From positions 42,895 to 106,894 of IMG/VR virus record IMGVR_UViG_3300025168_000039: a stretch of DNA of 64,000 bases; one strand, written 5' to 3'. The first letter of the stretch is position 1; each line of letters begins with the position of its first letter. Under the pieces are notes generated by a model, which ran no database searches, was not told where the DNA came from, and saw only the letters and a program-made list of their open reading frames with translations. The position numbers and the translations under genes were made by a program. This DNA comes from a virus. Of the stretch, positions 18,319 through 27,557 are shown one piece after another.

Positions 18319-20025
18319 TTAGTTAATAAACTTTTGTAAAGAATCTCCATATTTATCTTTAAGTAGACTAGTATTAGTAGAAGTATCTCCTGCGTAAATA
18401 ATATTATTTTTATTATCTATTCCTAAAGAATGACCCCATCTAACTTTTAATGAACCAATTTTTAGTTTATTGTCTCTATAATCTTCATCAGATGTATAAT
18501 CATATATATAATCTTTTGCCGTAAACTTATAGCTTTTCAATGTATCTTTAAGTTTTTTATCAGGATTCATTACAGACCACTTTTGAAAATTATCTGTTCT
18601 AAAGAAATGACGAACATTATTAATATTATTACTATTTTTAACCATAGCTAATGAACGATAAGATACTTCTTCCCATTTTAAATTAAAATTCCACCACCAA
18701 AATAAATCTTTAATAGACGATATTGTATATGGACATTTAGAATTAAACAATTTGATATCCTCAATATCATTAGGATATTTATTTTTAATAAACTCATCTA
18801 CTGTCATTTTTAATATTTCAGGATGAGATATAAATCCTGATGATCCAAAAAGTTGATCACCACATTCTCCTGTAATTGTTAAACCTTTATTTAAATTATC
18901 CGCAATATGTCTTATAACTGGAGAATAAAAAGGTTTATCCATATAATATTTATTAGCATCTCTCTCTGTCATTAAGACTTCTTCTGTTTGAATTTTATCT
19001 TTAATATAATTATTCCAAAATAAAGGATACTCTTCAATAGAATTTAAAGTATAGATAATTTTTAATTTATCATGCCAATCAGAAGGTTTACTTTTTAGTA
19101 AACTTACCAGAGCTACTGTACTATCTATTCCTCCGCTCCAATATACTTTTAATTCTTTATCTTCATTCCAAAGCTCTACACCTTTTTCATCTGCTACTTC
19201 TGCAAAGGATTTTGTAAATCCTGTTGCATCAGGTATAGGACTTGCTTCTAATTTTAAGTTACTTGTTAAAGTATTTGTTCTATCATTTGGAGTCCAAAGA
19301 CAATGAATAGCTTCTCCGATTAAATCTAGTGTTGTTTTTTTATATTCTCCTGATCCAACTCTTAAAAAATCTGGACGAGCAATAATAAGTTTATCACCTA
19401 ATATATCTGTTGACTTATCTACTGAAGATGTATTTTCAAAATTAAATATACTTGTAAATTTATCTAAAACTTTAATGCTACAATCAATATCTAAATAATT
19501 AAACACATTTCTAATTTGTCCTACACCTACGGCAGTATGTAAAAGAACTGAACATTCTACACATTCCTCTTCAGGCACAGGATTAATAAATATATCTTGA
19601 TCATTCAATATGTCTACACAAGTTTGCGGGTCAGAAGCATTTAAAATTTCTTGTCTTTTAGTTTTATATAATTCTTCAACAAATAATCTAGATGCATTTT
19701 TTTTAAACTGATCTAATGCATCAGTAGCTTTATCTTCTACTGTATCTCCTAAAATAGTAGTCGCTTGATCTTTAGTTATTTCTGATCGAAGAAACTGTTC
19801 AACTTGTGTCATGCTCTTAGGCTCTGGAAAATACCAATTTATATTTCTTACATATTGATCATCAAATCTTTCTAACACAACTTTTTTAACAGTCGCTAAA
19901 TCTTTCCACTGCTCTTCAAAAGCTGTCTTAGCTTCATTAAGAACCATAACTTTTAAACCAATATCAGAAGGTGACTTGTCACTTCCTGGTAAAGGATTGT
20001 CCCTTTTTTTTAATACTAGACTCAT
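18319..20025 (-). CDS. Asparagine-synthetase-like PP-loop ATP pyrophosphatase with extra N-terminal domain
   Basis: VYWSGGIDST PP-loop; ITGECGDQLFGS motif; no glutaminase domain. Confidence 0.75.
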   Translation of the reverse strand: MSLVLKKRDNPLPGSDKSPSDIGLKVMVLNEAKTAFEEQWKDLATVKKVVLERFDDQYVRNINWYFPEPKSMTQVEQFLRSEITKDQATTILGDTVEDKATDALDQFKKNASRLFVEELYKTKRQEILNASDPQTCVDILNDQDIFINPVPEEECVECSVLLHTAVGVGQIRNVFNYLDIDCSIKVLDKFTSIFNFENTSSVDKSTDILGDKLIIARPDFLRVGSGEYKKTTLDLIGEAIHCLWTPNDRTNTLTSNLKLEASPIPDATGFTKSFAEVADEKGVELWNEDKELKVYWSGGIDSTVALVSLLKSKPSDWHDKLKIIYTLNSIEEYPLFWNNYIKDKIQTEEVLMTERDANKYYMDKPFYSPVIRHIADNLNKGLTITGECGDQLFGSSGFISHPEILKMTVDEFIKNKYPNDIEDIKLFNSKCPYTISSIKDLFWWWNFNLKWEEVSYRSLAMVKNSNNINNVRHFFRTDNFQKWSVMNPDKKLKDTLKSYKFTAKDYIYDYTSDEDYRDNKLKIGSLKVRWGHSLGIDNKNNIIYAGDTSTNTSLLKDKYGDSLQKFIN

Positions 20026-20162
20026 TTTGTAAAACTTTCTTCCAGTTGATGAAGTTGAACTATTACTCTAACCTGTTCTGTAGAATATGCAAAACAACCA
20101 TAAAAGGCAAAACACAAACCTAAAACTTTAAACGTATTTATTATATATTTTTTATACTGCAT
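20022..20162 (-). CDS. Small membrane protein (46 aa)
   Basis: Not in ORF track; MQYKKYIINTFKVLGLCFAFYGCFAYS...; ATGA overlap with downstream gene. Confidence 0.55.
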   Translation of the reverse strand: MQYKKYIINTFKVLGLCFAFYGCFAYSTEQVRVIVQLHQLEESFTK

Positions 20163-20736
20163 GAGTTCCTAACATCATAGGATGGTTAAACTCGTCATTA
20201 GTACTAGACCATATATGCATTGGAACAACAATTAAATCTTGGTTATCTGTTTCAAAGTGATGTGGCTCCATAGCATCTAAGATTAAAGTTTTTCCTTCAA
20301 TTAATTTATGTTTCTCTGTATTAGAACCTACACCTGAAACTGCTGTACCGCTTCCTGATAAAACATATACCACTCTATCTGTCGAATGAATATGATGTTT
20401 TTGTTCTGAACATCCGGCGGGTATCTTTAATAGTTGCATACAAGGATCACCAGATCGAATTGGAGGTAAAATATTGTTAGTGCTGCATCCATTAATATAT
20501 GGTAGATAAGTGTTTAAATTAATTTCAGCAGTTCTGTTTGGTGGTATATACCCGTATATAGTAATAATAACTCTACCAAAACATACGCCCCAATTTTTGA
20601 CTGATACACTTTCTTTATTTATAATCCATGCTGAACTATTTTTAGGTATTTTATATTCGTTTCCTGAAGTATCTACTTCGTAGTAGTATAAACTATTTTG
20701 TTTTGGAATGTAACTACGATTATTTAAAAATAACAT
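20152..20736 (-). CDS. Cupin-domain protein
   Basis: QKHHIHSTDRVVYVLSGSG and EPHHF cupin metal motifs. Confidence 0.75.
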   Translation of the reverse strand: MLFLNNRSYIPKQNSLYYYEVDTSGNEYKIPKNSSAWIINKESVSVKNWGVCFGRVIITIYGYIPPNRTAEINLNTYLPYINGCSTNNILPPIRSGDPCMQLLKIPAGCSEQKHHIHSTDRVVYVLSGSGTAVSGVGSNTEKHKLIEGKTLILDAMEPHHFETDNQDLIVVPMHIWSSTNDEFNHPMMLGTHAV

Positions 20737-21492
20737 CTATGATGTAGCTCCAAAAACATTTCCACTATTTGTTACATTTACTGTTGCACCTGAATTTAAT
20801 CTAACTGCTTTTCCTGCTGCTCCTCCTGATCCACCTGAGCCAGCGACTCTACAGTTTGCATTTCCACCAGGACCACTACCACCAGCGCCGCCATTACCTA
20901 CATTACCCCAAGTTCCCCCAGTTCCTCCTGTTGAGGCTCCACCTGAAGAACCACTAGTTGCACTATTTGTGGGAGGATCATTAATACTTGCACCAGCACC
21001 TCCATTACCTCCTGTTAAATTAGTGCAATCACTACAACTCTGCGCTTCAGAATCATAGGTAGTACAACTACGGTAGCCACCACCACCACCGCCGCCTCCA
21101 CCACCGCCAGCAATGTTTGCACCAGAATTATTTCTAACACTTGCTGAAATATTTTCTAAGCTAATTGCATCTCCACCGTCTCCAGCAGCACCGCCATTAC
21201 TACCACTACCACCACCACCACCTGCACTACCTCCTCTACCAATAATATTACCATTATTAATTAAAGTAAAATTACTACCGGCAACAAGATGAGCAGTTAA
21301 AGCTGGTACATTACTAAGCTGACTAAAAACATTTACACCACTATTAACAATAACTGTTGCATCAATAGGGTCTATACCGTTCCAATCGTAACTACCTTGC
21401 AACACATTAGACAGATTATAATTTTCTGTATCTGAAGATATAATTAATGATTGACCTGTAGGTCTTCTGTTTGCAAAAAATAAAAATGGCAT
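20737..21492 (-). CDS. Glycine-rich receptor-binding adhesin (T-even gp38-like)
   Basis: LINNGNIIGRGG, NIAGGGGGGG polyglycine motifs; GKAV..VTNSGNVFGATS end. Confidence 0.7.
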   Translation of the reverse strand: MPFLFFANRRPTGQSLIISSDTENYNLSNVLQGSYDWNGIDPIDATVIVNSGVNVFSQLSNVPALTAHLVAGSNFTLINNGNIIGRGGSAGGGGGSGSNGGAAGDGGDAISLENISASVRNNSGANIAGGGGGGGGGGGYRSCTTYDSEAQSCSDCTNLTGGNGGAGASINDPPTNSATSGSSGGASTGGTGGTWGNVGNGGAGGSGPGGNANCRVAGSGGSGGAAGKAVRLNSGATVNVTNSGNVFGATS

Positions 21493-21506
21493 TAATTAAT
21501 TCCTAT

Positions 21507-22289
21507 TTAACTTGTAGCCCCGAAAACATTTCCAGAATTATTAAAAGTATTAGTCGCACCTGAGCCAACATTAATCGCTTTACCCGCTGCTCCTCCAGCA
21601 CCACCTGCCTGATTTGTTTTACAGGATGCTGGGTTCGATGCAGAACCTGCTGCACCTGCTGATCCTGTAGCCCCCCAACCGCCACCAGCACCGCCCGTAC
21701 CGCCTGTACCGCCTCCTGAACCACCTGAAGAACCATTTGTCGGTGTATTGGTAGCAGGAGTATCAGAACTTGCTCCTATCCCACCGTTACCACCAGTAAA
21801 ACTTGATTGACCACTACATGCGCCAGTTTCTTCATTGTGACTTCCTGCGCCTCGACCACCGCCGCCTCCTCCGCCGCCACCGCCTCCTCCAGCAATATTA
21901 GCTCCTGAAGCATTATTAATTATTCCAGTTAGATTACTCAATTCTATAGCGTTACCACCAGCCGCACCTGCGGCACCAGCCGCATTAGCACCACCACCAG
22001 TACCTTGTACTCCACCATGAGCAGCTATAGTTCCTGAGTTATTTATAGTTAGATTACTACCGGATACTAATATGGCTGCAATAGCAGGTGTAGAGGCTAC
22101 AGATGCTCTAATGTTTACACCTGAATTAATATTGAGTATAACATCAATAGCAGTAGACCCATCCCAACTATAATTATTTGTAAGGTCATTAGCTAAATTA
22201 TAATTAGTTGCATTAGAAGAAAGTGTAATAACAGTTCCGCTAGAAAATACTGTAGTACCACCTTGAACTATAGGTAGTGGAAAAGTCAT
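21507..22289 (-). CDS. Glycine-rich receptor-binding adhesin (gp38-like), paralog
   Basis: Same architecture and identical NSGNVFGATS C-terminus as 20737-21492. Confidence 0.7.
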   Translation of the reverse strand: MTFPLPIVQGGTTVFSSGTVITLSSNATNYNLANDLTNNYSWDGSTAIDVILNINSGVNIRASVASTPAIAAILVSGSNLTINNSGTIAAHGGVQGTGGGANAAGAAGAAGGNAIELSNLTGIINNASGANIAGGGGGGGGGGGGRGAGSHNEETGACSGQSSFTGGNGGIGASSDTPATNTPTNGSSGGSGGGTGGTGGAGGGWGATGSAGAAGSASNPASCKTNQAGGAGGAAGKAINVGSGATNTFNNSGNVFGATS

Positions 22290-22290
22290 G

Positions 22291-24165
22291 TTACTGTAAT
22301 GCCTTTACGGTTAGCATTGAAAATGTAGTTGAACCATCATTTATTCTTGTAATATAGAAAAAGAACTCATGTCCATTTGTAGTTGTTAAACTATCTCCAT
22401 CTGTAACAGTATAACCAGAAGTAGTTATAGTTCCTGCACTTCCATTATTTTTATATAAAATTATCATTGTACAGTTTTTAGCAGGAACAGCTAATGTATG
22501 TGCGCCACCATTAATTGCATGTTGGAAGTTTCCGTCGTCAACATCAGGTGTATAAGTGCCGCTAGACTTTGTACCTGCACTATGAGCAGCAGCACTAAAG
22601 CCAGCGGTTAATTCATCCGCCTCATCTGCTTTTAAAATATCAGCATTAAAAGCTTCAACATTACTTCCAATTGCTACTCCAAGATTTGTTCTAGCCGTAC
22701 TAGCATTATTTAAATCTGAAAGGTTACTAGCAATAACTAATCTAGTTCCAATACTTGTTGCTAGTGTTGCAGATAAGGCTACCGCAAAGTTACTAACAGA
22801 AGTTATACGAGTATTAGCTGTTCCAATGCTGGTTGCAAGGGTGGCAGAAAGATTTGTAATAACTGTATTGACAGATGTTATAGCTCCTGTTCTATTATTA
22901 ATACTTGTAGCCAGAGTTGCAGACAGTGCAACTGCATAATCACTAACAGAAGTTATACGAGTGTTTGCAGTTCCAATGCTTGTAGCAAGAGCAGCAGATA
23001 CAGTAGCTAATTGTGAAGGTGTTACAAAACCTGAACCATTTCCAACAACACCATTAATAGAAGTAATAGCAGCAGTTCTATTTCCAATACTGGTAGCCAT
23101 TGTAGCTGAAAGAGCTACTGCATAATCACTAACAGAAGTTATACGAGTGTTTGCAGTTCCTATACTAGTAGCCATTGTAGCTGAAAGAGCTACTGCATAA
23201 TCACTTACAGATGTTATGCGAGTATTAGCTGTTCCTATACTAGTAGCCATTGTAGCTGAGAGAGCAACTGCAAAGTCACTAACAGATGTTATTCTTGTAT
23301 TAGCTGTAGCAATACTAGTGGCTAAAGCAGCAGATACGGTTGCTAGTTCTGCACTGGTAGCATAATTTCCACCATCACCTATAATAGAATTAATACTTGT
23401 GATAGCATTAAGATTAGTTTTTGTAAGAGCAGATACAGCAGCAACTTCTGTTACATTTGCGGCTGATACTCCTGCCATTAATAGTTCGTCAGAATCAATA
23501 TTAGTAGCACTTAAAATTCCAAAGACTGCGGAGCCTGTTGCTACAAAAGCAGTACTAACAGAAACTGTACCAAAGTTTTGATTGGCAGAGACAGCCACAA
23601 CACCACTAACAGGAATAGAACTAGATACAGCACCACCTACAGTCATTTTAATACCTGTACCAGCGTCTACTCGTTTCATAGTACCACCTTCTGCTGATGG
23701 AACATTTATTAGATTACGTCCATCTCCTACAAAAAATGCAGCAGAAACAATTCCTGTAATCGTTGCTGCAGATGCAGAAACTTTAGCAACATGAATTGTA
23801 GTACCAGATAGGCTAACAGCAAAAGTTGGATTACCTTCTGTACCATTTGCATTTGTAATTGCAATACCTGCTCCGGCAGTTAGTGTTCTACCTAAAGCAT
23901 TACCGCCACTAACTGCAACAATACCTGTTATACCTGTAAGATCAGTAATAGCATTAATAGCTGATGCATTAGCTGTAATCGCTTGACCATTAAGTTTAAA
24001 TGTTCCATTAACATCTACAGCACTCTTACTTAACTTTAAAGCTGAGTTTTCTCCTGATCCATCTTGAACATATTGTTCTGTCGAGGTTAAACCATCATTA
24101 CCTGATCCAACTTGCAGGAGTTGTTTATATGTGTTTGCAATTAAATTTCCAGTAAGTGTACTCAT
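22291..24165 (-). CDS. Long tail fiber with coiled-coil repeats
   Basis: Ser/Thr/Ala-rich; 25-aa repeats; NLSDL..ARTNLG fiber motif; likely start MSTLTG. Confidence 0.75.
   Translation of the reverse strand: MSTLTGNLIANTYKQLLQVGSGNDGLTSTEQYVQDGSGENSALKLSKSAVDVNGTFKLNGQAITANASAINAITDLTGITGIVAVSGGNALGRTLTAGAGIAITNANGTEGNPTFAVSLSGTTIHVAKVSASAATITGIVSAAFFVGDGRNLINVPSAEGGTMKRVDAGTGIKMTVGGAVSSSIPVSGVVAVSANQNFGTVSVSTAFVATGSAVFGILSATNIDSDELLMAGVSAANVTEVAAVSALTKTNLNAITSINSIIGDGGNYATSAELATVSAALATSIATANTRITSVSDFAVALSATMATSIGTANTRITSVSDYAVALSATMATSIGTANTRITSVSDYAVALSATMATSIGNRTAAITSINGVVGNGSGFVTPSQLATVSAALATSIGTANTRITSVSDYAVALSATLATSINNRTGAITSVNTVITNLSATLATSIGTANTRITSVSNFAVALSATLATSIGTRLVIASNLSDLNNASTARTNLGVAIGSNVEAFNADILKADEADELTAGFSAAAHSAGTKSSGTYTPDVDDGNFQHAINGGAHTLAVPAKNCTMIILYKNNGSAGTITTSGYTVTDGDSLTTTNGHEFFFYITRINDGSTTFSMLTVKALQ
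22745..23345 (-). repeat. Imperfect 75-bp (25-aa) coding tandem repeat
   Basis: Unit ALSATMATSIGTANTRITSVSDYAV repeated about 6-7 times. Confidence 0.85.
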
Positions 24166-24443
24166 TAAACCTGATTCCATTCAGTTGTTTCATTTTCCCA
24201 TTCAGTACCCGCTGCTTGCCAAGCAATATTTCTATCATTATTAGATGGGGGTCTGGGATTACGAAGTGTTTCGTCATCTCTTACATTAGGTGTTTTATTT
24301 TGTGGATGGTTTTTTAAATCATACTGACCTTCCCAATCAGTTGGACAAACCATCATTCCATAACTATTCTTTTTTAATACTCTAAGAGGATATTGAAATC
24401 CACAAGTATCGCAAATTGCTTTAGCATTTTTATTTGTTGCCAT
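24165..24443 (-). CDS. Conserved phage protein with Cys motif
   Basis: AICDTCGFQY..MVCPTDWE..HPQ. Confidence 0.7.
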   Translation of the reverse strand: MATNKNAKAICDTCGFQYPLRVLKKNSYGMMVCPTDWEGQYDLKNHPQNKTPNVRDDETLRNPRPPSNNDRNIAWQAAGTEWENETTEWNQV

Positions 24444-24457
24444 ATTAAAGACTCGCT

Positions 24458-25132
24458 CTAAATATAACCAAGTCTAGGTCTAATATACATACTAGCTCTT
24501 TCTCTATCTTCAACATTTGCTCGTTCAAGAAGTTCCTCATAGTTTTGTTTTAGCATAGTTATTCTACCTGGATCAATCTTTGGTCTTTTCATTGACATAT
24601 AATATGCAAGACCCGCTGTTAAACAAGGAAGAAATCTTTTAGAGATATCAGCATTCTGTCCTGCAGATTTATTAATATCTTGAAACTCGCTAATCTTTTC
24701 TACTTTTAAAGTATCTGTTGAATTTTCAGGAATAGGCCAAAGAAATATAGTTGGGTTATCTCTGTTTCTCTTTACAGTAAACTGTGTTGGTCTACCTGTC
24801 TGTCCCTTTCTTGGAACTTGTAAATATTCTTCAAAAGAAATACGAGTTAAAGGAAGATCAGTATTATCTCTATTTAATATAACTTGAAGAGTATCAATAG
24901 TTGAATCACTAAGAGGATATGCGGTGGTGCTAGTTGTAAGGGAAATAACAGATGTCTCTGTTGTCCATAAAAGAATTTCTCTATTCTGCCAATCTTTTAA
25001 CATTAGATTTAAAGAGCGACGAGCAGAAGCTGGTTCATGGCCTAGCGTTTGCTCTCCACCAATCATCTCTATTGCTTCTTGAATAACGTCATCAATATCT
25101 AAATTGAACGTAAATGTTTCACTAGTCGCCAT
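24458..25132 (-). CDS. Head-tail adaptor/tail tubular protein A
   Basis: ARRSLNLML.DWQNR..LW, GRPTQF, LWPIP, RFLPCLTAGLAYY. Confidence 0.7.
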   Translation of the reverse strand: MATSETFTFNLDIDDVIQEAIEMIGGEQTLGHEPASARRSLNLMLKDWQNREILLWTTETSVISLTTSTTAYPLSDSTIDTLQVILNRDNTDLPLTRISFEEYLQVPRKGQTGRPTQFTVKRNRDNPTIFLWPIPENSTDTLKVEKISEFQDINKSAGQNADISKRFLPCLTAGLAYYMSMKRPKIDPGRITMLKQNYEELLERANVEDRERASMYIRPRLGYI

Positions 25133-25137
25133 TTAAC

Positions 25138-25350
25138 TTATCCCTTTTTACTTTTAACTTTATACATAGCTTTTGCCATTTTGCCACCTGCTTTGTTTTT
25201 AGCAGCATTAGACAAGTCCTTAAAGTGCATCACCTTCTTTGATGCTTTAGTATGTGTTTTGCCACTATGGATTGATTGGTCCGGCATCTTATGAACTTCA
25301 CCATAGTAGGGTGTACCATCTTTAATAAAATGTGTCTTGCCTTTAGCCAT
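25138..25350 (-). CDS. Small basic His-rich phage protein
   Basis: HFIKDGTPYYGEVHKMPD..HSGKTH; packed in operon. Confidence 0.65.
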   Translation of the reverse strand: MAKGKTHFIKDGTPYYGEVHKMPDQSIHSGKTHTKASKKVMHFKDLSNAAKNKAGGKMAKAMYKVKSKKG

Positions 25351-25662
25351 CTAACACTTCCATCTTTTTCTAGCTTGCCTAAGTCTTGAGTTAGGATTCT
25401 TAGCTGCTTTGGGAAATTTTTTCATTTGTCCTGCTGATCTAGCACAGTAACTTTTACGTCTTGTTGCTCTCTTACCAGTAGGTTTAGATTCAGTAACGGC
25501 TGTTTTAAGTTTACTACCAGGATTTTGTCTACGATACTTAGCTACTCCTTTAGCCGTTAGACCAGCACCAGACTTAGTAGGACGTTTATGACCACCACCG
25601 ATAGTCATCCCTTTCATGCCTGTGCCTTTCCGTACACTTTTCTTTTTTGTTCTTATTGCCAT
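25351..25662 (-). CDS. Basic phage protein (DUF6321-like)
   Basis: GAGLTAKG..NPGSKLK..RRKSYCARS..ARKRWKC. Confidence 0.7.
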   Translation of the reverse strand: MAIRTKKKSVRKGTGMKGMTIGGGHKRPTKSGAGLTAKGVAKYRRQNPGSKLKTAVTESKPTGKRATRRKSYCARSAGQMKKFPKAAKNPNSRLRQARKRWKC

Positions 25663-25669
25663 TCTGTAC

Positions 25670-26137
25670 CTATTTATCTTTCATAGCTTTACCAAAACCT
25701 TTTTTAGCTACTCCACATCCTCTAGGTTTAATTGAACCACCTTTAGATTTAAAAGTTTTAACCATCGTAGGTTTACCTCCTACACCTTGAGGTTTACTTC
25801 TTTTTCTTTTAACAGCAGATTTTTTTTCTGAAGCCGTCATGTTTTTTGCTTTAGCAAGTGGTACACACTTAGGATATTTTCTTTTACTTTCTTTAGTAGA
25901 CTTTCTACCACAAGGTTGATACTTACCATTCTTTTTAGGAGCGCCTATGTCTACCCACTTCTCGCCTACCCATTCTCTAAGACCGCCTCCTTTTTTCTTC
26001 TTAACAACCTTTTTCTTTCCACCAGGAGTTACTTTGCCACTACAAACTGCAGACGCATACATATTAGCATAAGCTGATGGGTAAACATCAAACTTTCTTT
26101 TTGCTGCTGCTTTTCCTTTTGGACAAAGTTTAGCCAT
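25670..26137 (-). CDS. Basic phage protein
   Basis: YPSAYAN and KWVDIG..PCGR..YPKCVP motifs; C-term KGG..GCGVAKKG; likely start MAKLC. Confidence 0.7.
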   Translation of the reverse strand: MAKLCPKGKAAAKRKFDVYPSAYANMYASAVCSGKVTPGGKKKVVKKKKGGGLREWVGEKWVDIGAPKKNGKYQPCGRKSTKESKRKYPKCVPLAKAKNMTASEKKSAVKRKRSKPQGVGGKPTMVKTFKSKGGSIKPRGCGVAKKGFGKAMKDK

Positions 26138-26147
26138 TTTACATTCC

Positions 26148-26864
26148 TTACTTCTTATATGGTCCTTTACCAAAACCTCTTTGTGCTTTTCCACAGCCTA
26201 CTGGTTTTAATGTTTTTCCTACTCTACCTCCTTTATTATAATCAGCTACAGGAACTCTAGGAGACTTTTTACTTTTACCAGATGATGATCTCTGTTTATC
26301 TTGAGCTTGTTGTAACAAATCTTTTTGAACATCTATTTCTCTTTTTATCTTTTGAGCATTCCCTATTCTTCTGCCGGGACTAACATTTTTATCAGCAGTA
26401 GAATCTTTTAATTTAACTTTTAGTTCATCTAATCTTTTATTAATTCTTTCTTGTGCTTTTATAGCTTGTCGTGTAGCTTTTTCATTTATAAGTCTACGTT
26501 GTCTAGTAGCTTGCATAACAGAAGTGCCACCACCTTGAGTAACTCTTTCCCCTTGTGTTCCTACTTCATTCATCTTAGAATAGTTAGGTTCAGAAACTAT
26601 GGATCGTTTTTCAAGTTTTTCTGCTCTTCTTCTAGTTGGACTATCTGCTGCAAGCACATCAGAGTCTTCGCCTTTTCTAGACTTACCCTTTTTAGAAACA
26701 CCTTGTTGATTAAACAAAGCTCCTCCAGTGATTCCCTTTTTACCATTACCGGGAGGTCTTTTTCCACCTGCTGCTGCTGGTCTAGGCTTACTCTTCTTAC
26801 CAACTCCTTTTCGGGGTTTCATAGTTTTTGATTTTATTGCAGCCCTTATTAAACTTTTAACCAT
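26148..26864 (-). CDS. Lys/Arg-rich protein (putative internal/DNA-condensing)
   Basis: MVKSLIRAA N-term; C-term YNKGGRV..GCGKAQRG. Confidence 0.65.
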   Translation of the reverse strand: MVKSLIRAAIKSKTMKPRKGVGKKSKPRPAAAGGKRPPGNGKKGITGGALFNQQGVSKKGKSRKGEDSDVLAADSPTRRRAEKLEKRSIVSEPNYSKMNEVGTQGERVTQGGGTSVMQATRQRRLINEKATRQAIKAQERINKRLDELKVKLKDSTADKNVSPGRRIGNAQKIKREIDVQKDLLQQAQDKQRSSSGKSKKSPRVPVADYNKGGRVGKTLKPVGCGKAQRGFGKGPYKK

Positions 26865-26876
26865 CTTATATCTCCC

Positions 26877-27548
26877 TTAATCTTTTCTAACAGCACCGGC
26901 ACCTCGCATGGCTTTGCCACACCCTTTGCCAATACCCTTACCTTTACCCTTACCAACTTTTCCACCTTTGAAAAGTCCTTCAAAGCCACCTAATTCTCGT
27001 AACTCATCTTCTAAAGCTTTAGTATTAACATTACCATCACCGCCTCGCATCATTCTTTGACCTACATCTGCACCAGATGAGTAGGTTCCTTTATTAGTAA
27101 CTTGACCTTTATTTCCAATACCTGCTAAACCAGACGTTACCATACGTCTAAGTTGTGCAGAAGACATATCTTCTCTTACTGGAGGAAGTTCTTTTGATCT
27201 TGCGGGAGCATTAATTGAAAGTCTTTCTTCAGAGGTTGAACCTGCTCTAGGCGTTTCGATTCCACTGCTTTCAGACATGTCTCGTTTCTGCTGTTTAACC
27301 AAACGATTCAACTCGCCTTGTTCAGACTTGCTTCTTTTTGGTTCATCTTTCTTCTTAGCTGTTTTCTTCTTAGCTGTTTTTTTCTTAACAGATTTCTTTT
27401 TAGAAGAAGATTCTTTCTTTACAAGCTTCTCAGCTTCTGCACGGGAGATGTCTTTTGATTCCATTAACTCTTTAACTTTATTAGAAGGACGACCTTTTTT
27501 ACTCTTTCGACCTCTTTTTAACACTGCGGCTACTATACTTTTTACCAT
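26877..27548 (-). CDS. Lys-rich protein (putative internal/DNA-condensing)
   Basis: AGGAGG RBS; MVKSIVAAV N-term; KKKTA repeats; C-term FKGGKV..GCGKAMRG. Confidence 0.65.
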   Translation of the reverse strand: MVKSIVAAVLKRGRKSKKGRPSNKVKELMESKDISRAEAEKLVKKESSSKKKSVKKKTAKKKTAKKKDEPKRSKSEQGELNRLVKQQKRDMSESSGIETPRAGSTSEERLSINAPARSKELPPVREDMSSAQLRRMVTSGLAGIGNKGQVTNKGTYSSGADVGQRMMRGGDGNVNTKALEDELRELGGFEGLFKGGKVGKGKGKGIGKGCGKAMRGAGAVRKD

Positions 27549-27557
27549 CAATACCTC

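Noticed and set aside
18319-20736. Lasso peptide biosynthetic cluster
   Set aside because: No transglutaminase-like B protease, RRE or precursor with a lasso leader/core pattern is recognisable
20737-22289. Diversity-generating retroelement or invertible tail-fiber switch
   Set aside because: No reverse transcriptase or invertase, paralogs are in the same orientation, and differences are not adenine-specific
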